From positions 1-25,488 of the IMG/VR virus record IMGVR_UViG_3300032295_001534: 25,488 nt of DNA, one strand, 5' to 3'. This document shows positions 1 to 8,034 of this stretch, piece by piece. How positions within the stretch are numbered: the first letter of the stretch is position 1; each line of letters opens with the position of its first letter. The notes under the pieces were generated by a model that did no database searches, had not been told where the DNA came from, and saw only the letters and a list, made by a program, of their open reading frames with translations. A program made the position numbers and the translations under genes. Source of the stretch: a virus. Lineage: Duplodnaviria > Caudoviricetes.

Positions 1-1
1 A

Positions 2-139
2 GTTATTATTTTCGGACTATTAACGGGTTTAATTATGTTTGGAATAGTGGGAATGTGGAGAGAAATTGATACAACAAATCCCTTTAAATGGAATGAATAT
101 CAAATTAGTGAAACAACCTTTAAACAACAAGAACAATGA
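2..139 (+). CDS. 3' end of small membrane protein (partial), ends TFKQQEQ
   Basis: Open frame from window edge: VIIFGLLTGLIMFGIVGMW...ETTFKQQEQ*; the TGA overlaps the next ATG (ATGA). Confidence 0.7.
   Translation, partial: VIIFGLLTGLIMFGIVGMWREIDTTNPFKWNEYQISETTFKQQEQ
115..138 (+). repeat. Junction repeat copy 1 (AACCTTTAAACAACAAGAACAATG, perfect)
   Basis: Identical to 318-341 and 13348-13371; ends in the ATG of ORF 136. Confidence 0.95.
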
Positions 140-342
140 AAACAGCAGTAGAATGGTTGTATGAGCAGATGCCTAAAAAAATACAGCCACATTACAAGAA
201 ACAACTTGAGCAAGCCAAAGTAATGGAAGAACAACAAAAAGTAGAGTTTGCTCTTAGAGCTTACGGAGAGAAACTTTCAACAGGCAAAGGCCTTGTTGAG
301 ATTGTAAATAGTATGAGAACCTTTAAACAACAAGAACAATGA
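136..342 (+). CDS. TAVEWL-family small protein
   Basis: MKTAVEWL...QAKVME...TFKQQEQ; paralogs at 6370, 9277, 9647. Confidence 0.85.
   Translation: MKTAVEWLYEQMPKKIQPHYKKQLEQAKVMEEQQKVEFALRAYGEKLSTGKGLVEIVNSMRTFKQQEQ
318..341 (+). repeat. Junction repeat copy 2 (perfect)
   Basis: aacctttaaacaacaagaacaatg; ATG at 339. Confidence 0.95.
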
Positions 343-497
343 CAATATTTATATTAATTATATATAGCATTGCTACATTTAGAACTATCGTTCCATTAGG
401 CAACAAAGAAGAATTTACATTAGCGAACATAATATTTGCTAGCGCTCATATTGTAGCATTATGGTACTTGTTTGATTTACTAGTCACATTAAAATAA
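339..497 (+). CDS. Small membrane protein, 52 aa (not in ORF track)
   Basis: MTIFILIIYSIATFRT...IVALWYLFDLLVTLK*; two hydrophobic stretches; starts at the repeat ATG and fills the gap. Confidence 0.75.
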   Translation: MTIFILIIYSIATFRTIVPLGNKEEFTLANIIFASAHIVALWYLFDLLVTLK

Positions 498-503
498 AAT
501 AAC

Positions 504-1157
504 ATGAGAAAGAACAGCAATTTTGAACACAACAACATATGCACAAGAGGAAGTGTAATGTTAAAATACTTCATTGAAGAAATGCAAGAAAAGGGATGGG
601 CAGGGAAATGCTGTATAACAGGAGATGATACACATTTGTTTTACTGCATAGATGAAAAAGGATATCTTAGATGCGGTGTTAGTACTGGCAATAATCACAT
701 TGTAAAAGATTCAGAATTCATTGAGTACTATAGAGATATGCTAGCGCCTATTGAGTCAGAAGAAAAAGGAGAAATCTATGCAGTGACGCGTACTCAATTT
801 AAGAAGATACATGACGTGGCATGTGATAAATGGAAAAAGACCCTTACCGACTGGTGTAATGAGCAGACATTTGGCGAGGTATTAAAATTTTCACGCAATG
901 TAGTTGAGTCTATGCTTGCTGCCTCAGGACCTTCACAGAAACAAGTTATCCTATCTGTATTTGATACATACGAAGAAGATAAAAAATTAGATCTTTCAAG
1001 TATGTCATTCAAGGGCGATGTGTTTGATATTTATGGTACTGATGCGCTTATTGCAATAAATACTGATACCAATAACTCTTCCATTCTTAATGATGAATAC
1101 ACTTGGGAGATCACCAATGAAGGAGGCCGTCAAATATTAACACCAACAAGAAAATGA
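504..1157 (+). CDS. Hypothetical phage protein
   Basis: 217-aa ORF with A-rich start context. Confidence 0.8.
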   Translation: MRKNSNFEHNNICTRGSVMLKYFIEEMQEKGWAGKCCITGDDTHLFYCIDEKGYLRCGVSTGNNHIVKDSEFIEYYRDMLAPIESEEKGEIYAVTRTQFKKIHDVACDKWKKTLTDWCNEQTFGEVLKFSRNVVESMLAASGPSQKQVILSVFDTYEEDKKLDLSSMSFKGDVFDIYGTDALIAINTDTNNSSILNDEYTWEITNEGGRQILTPTRK

Positions 1158-1348
1158 AACAAAATCAAGCAAGAATACCAAGTGTAGGAATACTTTACCT
1201 GTACACAATGATTATTGTCACTATCATATTTGCTATGACAAGCTGTGCAAACACAAAGAAGTACTACAATTGTGATGCTTACAAAACTCATTACAAACCA
1301 ATCAAGGCAGAGAAGCACCGTCACGCTCTTTGCGATGCTTACAACTAA
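1154..1348 (+). CDS. Small putative lipoprotein
   Basis: Hydrophobic signal ending AMTS-C; CDAY occurs twice; ATGA overlap. Confidence 0.65.
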   Translation: MKQNQARIPSVGILYLYTMIIVTIIFAMTSCANTKKYYNCDAYKTHYKPIKAEKHRHALCDAYN

Positions 1349-1350
1349 CA

Positions 1351-1629
1351 ATGATAAAGAATCATAAAGAATTATTAGATGAAATAAGTAAGAATCCACA
1401 CCATGTATCATTCATAATGTCTGCAATAATCGACAAAGTGAATTGGACAGAAAGTAATCGCAGGCACATACTTAAGAACGATGAAGAATTTAAAATAAAT
1501 GGTGATATACCTGATTTTATTAGCGGAAGTAATTGGGTCCTTGCTAGTGATGAAATTAAAATTATTGTAAACAAGTTTTTAAATCCATTTAGTTATGAAC
1601 ATAGAAGCACTAAAAGAAAACATACCTAA
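1351..1629 (+). CDS. Hypothetical protein
   Basis: Track ORF 1330..1629; ATG at 1351 after the previous stop is the better start. Confidence 0.7.
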   Translation: MIKNHKELLDEISKNPHHVSFIMSAIIDKVNWTESNRRHILKNDEEFKINGDIPDFISGSNWVLASDEIKIIVNKFLNPFSYEHRSTKRKHT

Positions 1630-1873
1630 GCAACATAGGAAAAAAATAATTGCCCTAGCGATGTACTACACTAGGTATTGGAGTATAAATCCTGAAGATG
1701 TAGTCTTAGCTATGCTTAGCAACAGAGTGGATTGGCATCATAAAGTTCACAACGGTTTAACATCGGAGGGAGAAATGGATTCACGTATCACCAGATTTTT
1801 AACGGGAAACAGTACAGAAGTGCCAAGACGTTTCAGGTGGAGTGATTCTTACTTTGAAAATTTACAGCCATGA
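1595..1873 (+). CDS. Hypothetical protein (MNIE family)
   Basis: N-terminus resembles the next ORF (MNIE...YY...DSR). Confidence 0.75.
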   Translation: MNIEALKENIPKQHRKKIIALAMYYTRYWSINPEDVVLAMLSNRVDWHHKVHNGLTSEGEMDSRITRFLTGNSTEVPRRFRWSDSYFENLQP

Positions 1874-2208
1874 ACATAGAGCAATTTAAAAAGTTTAAAA
1901 AGAAGAAAGAGTTTGTTGCTTTTGTTCTTTACTATTCTAATAACCGTACTTATGAGAATTCATTGATGTACATCTTTTATAAATCTGATGACTTAGAATG
2001 GACAGGTAGAAGAGCATATAATAACGTACATTCATTTAATGACTCTGACAGCAGGGTGAGAGCTTTTATACGCTCATCAGGAACAGATCAAGCACTATTA
2101 AATGATTTAACTCCTTGGCCTAGCTCTAGACTATATGGTTTAAGCAAGCAAGAGAATAGTAGCCGAGGTTTTTTGAGACTATTTAATGATCTAGATTTAC
2201 CATTTTAA
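1870..2208 (+). CDS. Hypothetical protein with SSB-like acidic C-terminal tail (DLDLPF)
   Basis: 112 aa, ATGA overlap, ends NDLDLPF. Confidence 0.75.
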   Translation: MNIEQFKKFKKKKEFVAFVLYYSNNRTYENSLMYIFYKSDDLEWTGRRAYNNVHSFNDSDSRVRAFIRSSGTDQALLNDLTPWPSSRLYGLSKQENSSRGFLRLFNDLDLPF

Positions 2209-2259
2209 GGGATAGCCGAACCCCTTCAATAGTAGGCACAATTAAATTTTATAACTACC

Positions 2260-3735
2260 ATGATTAATAGAAATCTTTTACCTTTAGACTTTGTAATTAA
2301 AAGAGACGAAGAACACGAACTATGGCCTGAGTTTTTAACATGGCTAAACGAAGCATTCGAAGGAGTACTACCCAAAGTTAAATTCGAGGGCGAAGTAGAT
2401 GGGTATTATGGCCTCATTGAGGATTGCCCAATCATTATGCCAGAGCCTGACACTGCAGACGTACTCACGTTAGAAGAATGGATGTCTGTAATTAACGGAC
2501 AAGACATTGATTTTATCGAGACATACAATTGCGAATCTCATCCAATTACTAGATGTGTAATCATTAGTGATTCCGCTCCGCATGGCGGTAAGTATGCCTT
2601 AATCAGAGAGTGCGTTAGTATCAACTATCCTGATTGTATAGGCTACGCACTTAAGAGTGACTGCCAACAGTTATTAGATGGCAGATGGATGCTAGAGAGT
2701 CATGCTGATGAAGATGACAATATCGTGTTCTCTGACGAGCATGGTAGATTAATGGATTCAACTTCAGAGACCGCTGTTTTCACAGAGGATGAGGAGTGGA
2801 TAGATACCAGTTATCACAACGACTATATTCGTATTGAATCAAATGGAGTTTACTTTTCATCTAGTAGTGCGGCTGAAGATCATGGCTACTACTACAGTGA
2901 AAGAAAAGATTGTTGGATGCATGAAGATGATCAACCTGAATGCGTAGAGGATTGCAATGCTGGTTATCATCACCTATCTAGAAAAATTAGATTCAATGAC
3001 TCCGCAGAGTTCACCATTGGATTCGAGATTGAGAAAGAAGATGATGATGCAGGTATGATTCACTATCAAAAATTGTACAACGAAACAGGTTGGTGCAAAG
3101 AAAATGACAGCAGCCTTAACGATGATGGCTATGAATTAGTCAGCCCTGCCTTCAATCTTCAAACAGATGATTTAGACAGAGAAATCAACGCAAGCGCAGA
3201 CCTTCAGGCTCTAATCAATGCTGACTTCTCAAATAGTTGTGGTGGCCACATCAATGTTGGTTCTCCTAAGTATTCGACAGAGCAGTTATTCGAGGGCTTA
3301 TCAGGCTTCTTTCCGCTTCTGTATGCGCTTTATGATGGTCGATTGGACCGTGACTATTGCAAGGCCAAGAAAAAGCACAGATACTACGAAAAAGACAAGT
3401 ACTCATCAGTGTACATTCGTGACAAAGTTGTTGAGTTCAGAATCTTCAGTGCGGTATCTAGTGTCAACAACTTACTATGGAGACGTGACTTAATTCGCAT
3501 CATGTGTGAAAACTTCAACAAGTCTGAGGTTGATGTGCTTCGTATGATGGTAGATAGTCGCAGCAAGCTGTATAAACATCTTCGCAAGGTTTATAATCAA
3601 GACAAGTTGATTGACAAAATCGAAAGCTTCGTATTGTATTGTGACCAATTCAACAACAAGAAGCTACCAAAAGTTGATGTTAGCAAAATCAAAGCTGACA
3701 ACTTAGAAGAAGCATCTAGCTCTTTAGCAATCTAA
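2260..3735 (+). CDS. Putative amidoligase (COOH-NH2 ligase, Amidoligase_2-like)
   Basis: Motifs IGFEIE, DSSL..GYELVSP, SCGGHIN, KYSSV, VEFRIF; adjacent to a class II GATase. Confidence 0.8.
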   Translation: MINRNLLPLDFVIKRDEEHELWPEFLTWLNEAFEGVLPKVKFEGEVDGYYGLIEDCPIIMPEPDTADVLTLEEWMSVINGQDIDFIETYNCESHPITRCVIISDSAPHGGKYALIRECVSINYPDCIGYALKSDCQQLLDGRWMLESHADEDDNIVFSDEHGRLMDSTSETAVFTEDEEWIDTSYHNDYIRIESNGVYFSSSSAAEDHGYYYSERKDCWMHEDDQPECVEDCNAGYHHLSRKIRFNDSAEFTIGFEIEKEDDDAGMIHYQKLYNETGWCKENDSSLNDDGYELVSPAFNLQTDDLDREINASADLQALINADFSNSCGGHINVGSPKYSTEQLFEGLSGFFPLLYALYDGRLDRDYCKAKKKHRYYEKDKYSSVYIRDKVVEFRIFSAVSSVNNLLWRRDLIRIMCENFNKSEVDVLRMMVDSRSKLYKHLRKVYNQDKLIDKIESFVLYCDQFNNKKLPKVDVSKIKADNLEEASSSLAI

Positions 3736-3766
3736 TTAATAATCAAACAAACTAAAAAATAAAAAA

Positions 3767-4657
3767 ATGTGTATAGCAATTCTTAATACAAAAGGTACAA
3801 CACTTAAGAAAGATACCCTAAATAATTGTTGGGTAAACAATGGCGATGGCGCAGGTATCTTATATATTGACGACAACAAAAAGCTAGGGGTGTTCAAAGA
3901 AATGAATAGCTTTGAGAACTTCTACAAAAATTACATCGAAATCAAGCAGAAGTATGGTAAGCGCAACATTGTATTGCACTTCCGTATATCTACTCATGGC
4001 CGTGTAAATGAGACAAACTGCCACCCATTCATTACTAATGACGACATTGGCTTTGTTCACAACGGTATGATTTACGATGTTCCTGAATCTCTTGAGTACT
4101 CAGACACTTATATGTTCAATGAGTCTATCCTTAAGAATCTTAAGCCTGGCTTCGAGTATAACGAGACTATCCTAGGTATGCTTGAGGCGTTTATCGGATC
4201 AGGTAGTAAGCTTATATTCCTCAATAAGGAAAATGAATTCTTTATCGTTAATGAGCGAGCAGGACACTGGAATCTAGGATGTTGGTTCTCTAATACATCT
4301 TATCAACAAGTCAATAATTGGTATGACTTCGGAGGTACTCGCAAGTACAAAAGCACACCTAGTACAGGTTACACTTGGGGTGCTAACTCCAATTGGGGCG
4401 CCAAGGATAAAACCTATTCATCAAGCGTCTTCAATGAGGAAGAAGAGGGAGAGTTCGCTACAAATATGTGCACTGATTGCGGATGGATGCTAGTCACTGA
4501 AGCTGAGATGAAAAATGGAGTATGTGAGTTTTGTGAACACGAAAACCATGCCCAAGATGACTTGTGTGGATTATGTCAAGAAAACGAAGCAACTGAGTTA
4601 ATCACTGAATTCAACGCTTCTGTATGTAAGACCTGTAAAACTAGTCTAGGAGCATAA
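3767..4657 (+). CDS. Class II (Ntn) glutamine amidotransferase with C-terminal Cys-rich domain
   Basis: N-terminal M-C, NGDGAG, HFRISTHG, NCHPF, HNG, SDT; four CxxC pairs at the C-terminus. Confidence 0.88.
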   Translation: MCIAILNTKGTTLKKDTLNNCWVNNGDGAGILYIDDNKKLGVFKEMNSFENFYKNYIEIKQKYGKRNIVLHFRISTHGRVNETNCHPFITNDDIGFVHNGMIYDVPESLEYSDTYMFNESILKNLKPGFEYNETILGMLEAFIGSGSKLIFLNKENEFFIVNERAGHWNLGCWFSNTSYQQVNNWYDFGGTRKYKSTPSTGYTWGANSNWGAKDKTYSSSVFNEEEEGEFATNMCTDCGWMLVTEAEMKNGVCEFCEHENHAQDDLCGLCQENEATELITEFNASVCKTCKTSLGA

Positions 4658-4673
4658 TCACTATCAATAACAC

Positions 4674-4702
4674 GGGGGTTCTAGCGAATCCCCTTTATCT
4701 TT
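4674..4702 (+). terminator. Intrinsic terminator
   Basis: GGGGGTTC-TAGC-GAATCCCC 8-bp stem followed by TTTATCTTT. Confidence 0.65.
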
Positions 4703-4708
4703 AAAATT

Positions 4709-4942
4709 ATGATGAGTATAGAAGACTTTAAGCGGATTCCGGTAAACGATAGAATAATGGTCATCGCTAATTGCTTACATAGACATAGGGAAGATGGCGC
4801 TCTTTTAAGAAGGGTAGCTACATCGTTTTCTGCTGCTGATTTCTTAAACAAATCATCGGTTTGGGATGAAACGCCTCAAGGTCATGATTATTGGGATTCA
4901 TTACACAGAAAACTTTACAGAATTGATGAACTATGGGCATAA
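4709..4942 (+). CDS. Small protein, tandem paralog family (FK.IP..DR...IAN; W..TPQG..YW)
   Basis: Motifs shared with 4933, 5157, 5378 and partly 8035. Confidence 0.8.
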   Translation: MMSIEDFKRIPVNDRIMVIANCLHRHREDGALLRRVATSFSAADFLNKSSVWDETPQGHDYWDSLHRKLYRIDELWA

Positions 4943-5163
4943 AGGAATTTAAAAGAATACCTGCTGAGGATAGGGTGTACATTATTTCTGAGTTTATTAA
5001 GCAACACAATGAGTACACAATGGCAAGAGTATTTAAAGAAGAAGTTACCGCATATACATTTGTTGACTCGGTGTCATGGGGTCATTGCCACAAAGACCCA
5101 AATCACATGGTAGATATTTATAATAAAATAGCTCCATTTCATTTAAAAAGAAGGCAATGGTAA
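4933..5163 (+). CDS. Small protein, tandem paralog family
   Basis: MGIKEFKRIPAEDRVYII. Confidence 0.8.
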   Translation: MGIKEFKRIPAEDRVYIISEFIKQHNEYTMARVFKEEVTAYTFVDSVSWGHCHKDPNHMVDIYNKIAPFHLKRRQW

Positions 5164-5357
5164 AAGAAATAAAAGAACTTCCTCCTAAGGTTAGAGTGGA
5201 AATGATTGCTAATCTAATGAAGGATAGGGGTCAAGAATTGGGTCTTTTGGATTTAAATTACCTTATTAAGGGTAGATGTTTAGGTGCAATGTTTGGCTTT
5301 AGCGGGTCACCTCAAGGATCTAAATACTGGAGACATCATGCTGACCGGTGGCGTTGA
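5157..5357 (+). CDS. Small protein, tandem paralog family
   Basis: IKELPPKVRVEMIANL...FSGSPQGSKYW. Confidence 0.8.
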   Translation: MVKEIKELPPKVRVEMIANLMKDRGQELGLLDLNYLIKGRCLGAMFGFSGSPQGSKYWRHHADRWR

Positions 5358-5377
5358 AACAAATAATAATTACAATC

Positions 5378-5611
5378 ATGACAATATTACAATTTAAGAA
5401 TCTAAATCCTGACGAAAGAATAAAGTTCATAGCTAATTTAATTGATTATAGGGGTGATGATAATATGATTACATGCTGGAAAAGATCTAATGATATAATG
5501 CGATTCATTGATCAACCTTCTTGGATATCTCTTCATTCGGGAAGAGCTTTTATGGTTCCTATTTGGAATAGGCTTTGTGAAAGTTATGACCACGAAACAA
5601 GACAAGTTTAA
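5378..5611 (+). CDS. Small protein, tandem paralog family
   Basis: ATG at 5378 gives MTILQFKNLNPDERIKFIANL, which aligns with the paralog N-termini. Confidence 0.75.
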   Translation: MTILQFKNLNPDERIKFIANLIDYRGDDNMITCWKRSNDIMRFIDQPSWISLHSGRAFMVPIWNRLCESYDHETRQV

Positions 5612-5620
5612 ATTAACATT

Positions 5621-5887
5621 ATGACTTACGAAGAATTTATTAACAACTTCAAGCCTATAACAAACAACATAACTAACAATGCGCCTTATGGTGGGTATAT
5701 GTTTGAAACATTTGGTGCAGAGCTTGACTTTGTAAAGCAACACAAAAACAAAAACATATGGACAATCATGGATGATGACTCTATACTTGCGGGATACCAC
5801 ATTGTAAATAGAATGGGGTATATCATTTGCGAGGTAGACAATCATGATATGGACATGGAAATAACTGATTTTGATGAGGAGATTTGA
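5621..5887 (+). CDS. Hypothetical phage protein
   Basis: 88-aa ORF with A-rich start. Confidence 0.8.
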   Translation: MTYEEFINNFKPITNNITNNAPYGGYMFETFGAELDFVKQHKNKNIWTIMDDDSILAGYHIVNRMGYIICEVDNHDMDMEITDFDEEI

Positions 5888-6065
5888 GAATATACTTTAC
5901 TTATTTGCAGGGATTGCGATAGGTATGCTATTGGCTACAACGATGTATGAAAAAGAAATAGAAAAGATATACAGCATTGTAGAGATACCAAAGGTTGGCG
6001 ATATGAGTGACTGCGCTAACGAAAGAGAGATAGGTTATTACGAACACTTAATGCGCACAAAATAA
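5871..6065 (+). CDS. Small membrane-anchored protein
   Basis: N-terminal hydrophobic helix ILYLFAGIAIGMLLA. Confidence 0.7.
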   Translation: MMRRFENILYLFAGIAIGMLLATTMYEKEIEKIYSIVEIPKVGDMSDCANEREIGYYEHLMRTK

Positions 6066-6087
6066 CCTTTAAACCACAATAACAATG
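6064..6087 (+). repeat. Junction repeat copy 3 (AACCTTTAAACCACAATAACAATG)
   Basis: 22/24 match; ATG at 6085. Confidence 0.9.
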
Positions 6088-6351
6088 AAAGAGAACATAG
6101 GATTTATAGATGATGAATTTGATTTAGAATCACTTAGAAATGTACCAACAGCAGAAGAGTTTTTAACTGAAAAAGGTTATCCTGGATTTGCTAAACATAC
6201 TCTCATAAAGGAGTGGATGAAAGAATTTGCTAAACTTCATGTAGAAGCAGCATTAAAAGCAGCAAGTGAATCTGAAAGTGACGGTACATTTGGTAGAATG
6301 ATTTACCCTAATTCAATCTTAACTTGTTATCCAATTGAAAACATTGATTAA
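6085..6351 (+). CDS. Hypothetical small protein (PTAEEFL...EFAKLHVEAALKAASE)
   Basis: Bounded by junction repeats. Confidence 0.85.
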   Translation: MKENIGFIDDEFDLESLRNVPTAEEFLTEKGYPGFAKHTLIKEWMKEFAKLHVEAALKAASESESDGTFGRMIYPNSILTCYPIENID

Positions 6352-6372
6352 ACCTAAACAACAATAACAATG
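6351..6372 (+). repeat. Junction repeat copy 4 (AACCTAAACAACAATAACAATG)
   Basis: 2-nt deletion plus 1 mismatch; ATG at 6370. Confidence 0.85.
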
Positions 6373-6600
6373 GAAACAGCAGTAGAATGGTTAATTGACG
6401 AGTTATTTAATTATGATAATGGCGCTAGTGAGTATTTTAGCAAAGTTGCAATTTATAACCACGCAAAAAGAATAGAGAAGGAGCAACATCAAGAAACTTG
6501 GAATGTAGCACATCAAGCAGGTAGATTTGAGGGTAAAGGTATTGCAGAAGAAAATTGGCAAACATTTCAAGCACATTGGGAGGATAACTTTAAACAATAA
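6370..6600 (+). CDS. TAVEWL-family small protein
   Basis: METAVEWL...HAKRIEKEQ...NFKQ*. Confidence 0.85.
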   Translation: METAVEWLIDELFNYDNGASEYFSKVAIYNHAKRIEKEQHQETWNVAHQAGRFEGKGIAEENWQTFQAHWEDNFKQ

Positions 6601-6608
6601 GAATAATG
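6586..6608 (+). repeat. Junction repeat copy 5 (AACTTTAAACAATAAGAATAATG)
   Basis: 1-nt deletion plus two C>T changes; ATG at 6606. Confidence 0.85.
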
Positions 6609-6869
6609 AAATCACTAAAATTATTATATTACAGATTTAAAGTCATTAAACGATCACAAGCATTAGAACTTGGTTTGGAGTTCAGTAATAACGTACATGG
6701 GGACGCAATAAATCATTTGAATTGCAGAAGTATTTGGGTGGATTCTAAAGGTAGAACTTATAGAGTTCATGAATTAGAAAAGACTAAACATCACGAACTA
6801 TGCAAGTGTGGTTGGCGAAAAATTGGTGGATATAGTTGCCAAAGAACTGATTGTAATCAAAACATCTAA
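6606..6869 (+). CDS. Hypothetical small protein with Cys-rich C-terminus
   Basis: Bounded by junction repeats; CKCG...CQRTDC. Confidence 0.75.
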   Translation: MKSLKLLYYRFKVIKRSQALELGLEFSNNVHGDAINHLNCRSIWVDSKGRTYRVHELEKTKHHELCKCGWRKIGGYSCQRTDCNQNI

Positions 6870-6887
6870 ACAACAAGAAGAACAATG
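6861..6887 (+). repeat. Junction repeat copy 6 (AACATCTAAACAACAAGAAGAACAATG)
   Basis: Core TAAACAACAAGAA..CAATG with an extra GAA; ATG at 6885. Confidence 0.8.
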
Positions 6888-7115
6888 AGTAAAGAATTCG
6901 AATACCTAGTTGGCAAGAAGATATCAGGAGTAAGGTATATGACTGATCAAGAGGCTAATGACTTTGGCTTCTATAAGAAACCATTAGTAATTGTATTTGA
7001 GGGTGGAGACTTTATGCTTCCAGTAGCAGACGATGAATGCAATGATGGTGGTGCAGCACTATTCTTTGAGCGGCAAAGAAACGGATATAAGGAAACATTA
7101 ATCTATACTACATGA
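6885..7115 (+). CDS. Hypothetical phage protein
   Basis: LVGKKI..VRYMT..EA...DDECNDGGA. Confidence 0.85.
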   Translation: MSKEFEYLVGKKISGVRYMTDQEANDFGFYKKPLVIVFEGGDFMLPVADDECNDGGAALFFERQRNGYKETLIYTT

Positions 7116-7282
7116 GTACATATCACATATTCTACACACGTAAAAACCAACTGCCTAGTGGCGTAAATATCTCTGCAATAAATGAGGTAGATGCAATAAC
7201 TAAGTTTACTTCTGAGCATCAGTACGATGAGATAGTATACATAGCTAAACAAGAAACACTATGGTCTCTTCGAAAGAATTAG
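7112..7282 (+). CDS. Hypothetical 56-aa protein (not in ORF track)
   Basis: ATGA overlap; MSTYHIFYTRK...WSLRKN*. Confidence 0.65.
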   Translation: MSTYHIFYTRKNQLPSGVNISAINEVDAITKFTSEHQYDEIVYIAKQETLWSLRKN

Positions 7283-7302
7283 TAACACCTAAATCAAATA
7301 AT

Positions 7303-7746
7303 ATGAACACAAGAGTTTTTAAAACAAATGAAAAGTATTTAAACTTCCTAACTGATGTGTATTCATCTGCATCTAATGATGGAAAGTTTAAAATGCGAGC
7401 TATTCTTAGTAAGTATAAGATGAGTGGCAGGGTATCATCTATCATAATGGATCGTGGTATCATTAAGAAATATAAGTCTGCTGAGACAGGAATAATGTAT
7501 AGATGGAATACTCGCCAGCCAGATATAAGAATTGCCAACGCAGTAAGAAAAGCCCTTAACGAGGAGACATACAGCAATAAACTAAGGCTAGATGCAGAGA
7601 GAAACAATAAGACAGTTGCTGTTAAGAAAACAGAAGTTAAGAGTAAGAAAGTAGAGGTTAATAGAAGAAGGCCCACTCCTAAGAAAGAGGTTGTAACCAA
7701 TAAGGAGTTCAGCTTCATGTGGGGATTAATCAAAATCAAGTACTAA
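7303..7746 (+). CDS. Basic hypothetical protein
   Basis: Track ORF 7261..7746; ATG at 7303 has the better context; Lys-rich. Confidence 0.75.
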   Translation: MNTRVFKTNEKYLNFLTDVYSSASNDGKFKMRAILSKYKMSGRVSSIIMDRGIIKKYKSAETGIMYRWNTRQPDIRIANAVRKALNEETYSNKLRLDAERNNKTVAVKKTEVKSKKVEVNRRRPTPKKEVVTNKEFSFMWGLIKIKY

Positions 7747-7910
7747 TGGTAACAACTGAAGAGATTGTAGATATAGCTAACTATCTACACATGGATATTG
7801 ATGATCAAATAATTGAAGAAACTAAAAGATTGTATTACGAATCATCTTTAACTGATGGATTGAATAAACATGAGGTTATAGAAGGCATATTGTACTACTT
7901 AGTTTCATGA
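7746..7910 (+). CDS. Hypothetical small protein
   Basis: TAATG overlap at 7744-7748. Confidence 0.7.
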   Translation: MVTTEEIVDIANYLHMDIDDQIIEETKRLYYESSLTDGLNKHEVIEGILYYLVS

Positions 7911-8026
7911 GTAGGAGAATAATAAAAACATCAATTGCAATACTTGTAAACTCACTCTTATTAGTAGTATACATATCTTCTATTGTGTCTTTTATATATA
8001 GAGTTATTACTAGAAATAATCATTAA
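7907..8026 (+). CDS. 39-aa membrane peptide (not in ORF track)
   Basis: ATGA overlap; MSRRIIKTSIAILVNSLLLVVYISSIVSFIYRV... Confidence 0.55.
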   Translation: MSRRIIKTSIAILVNSLLLVVYISSIVSFIYRVITRNNH

Positions 8027-8034
8027 ATTAGAAC

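Noticed and set aside
1139-1156. AACACCAACAAGAAAATG (and TAAACAAGAAACACTATG at 7246) as extra repeat copies
   Set aside because: Too degenerate to distinguish from generic A-rich Bacteroidota start contexts.
4674-4711. preQ1-I riboswitch (GGTTCTAG...CCC resemblance)
   Set aside because: The required A-rich 3' tail is absent; the sequence folds as an 8-bp hairpin with a T-rich tail, i.e. a terminator.
6064-7115. Classical integron with attC sites
   Set aside because: No RYYYAAC/GTTRRRY inverted core or hairpin in the junctions, and no tyrosine integrase in the window.
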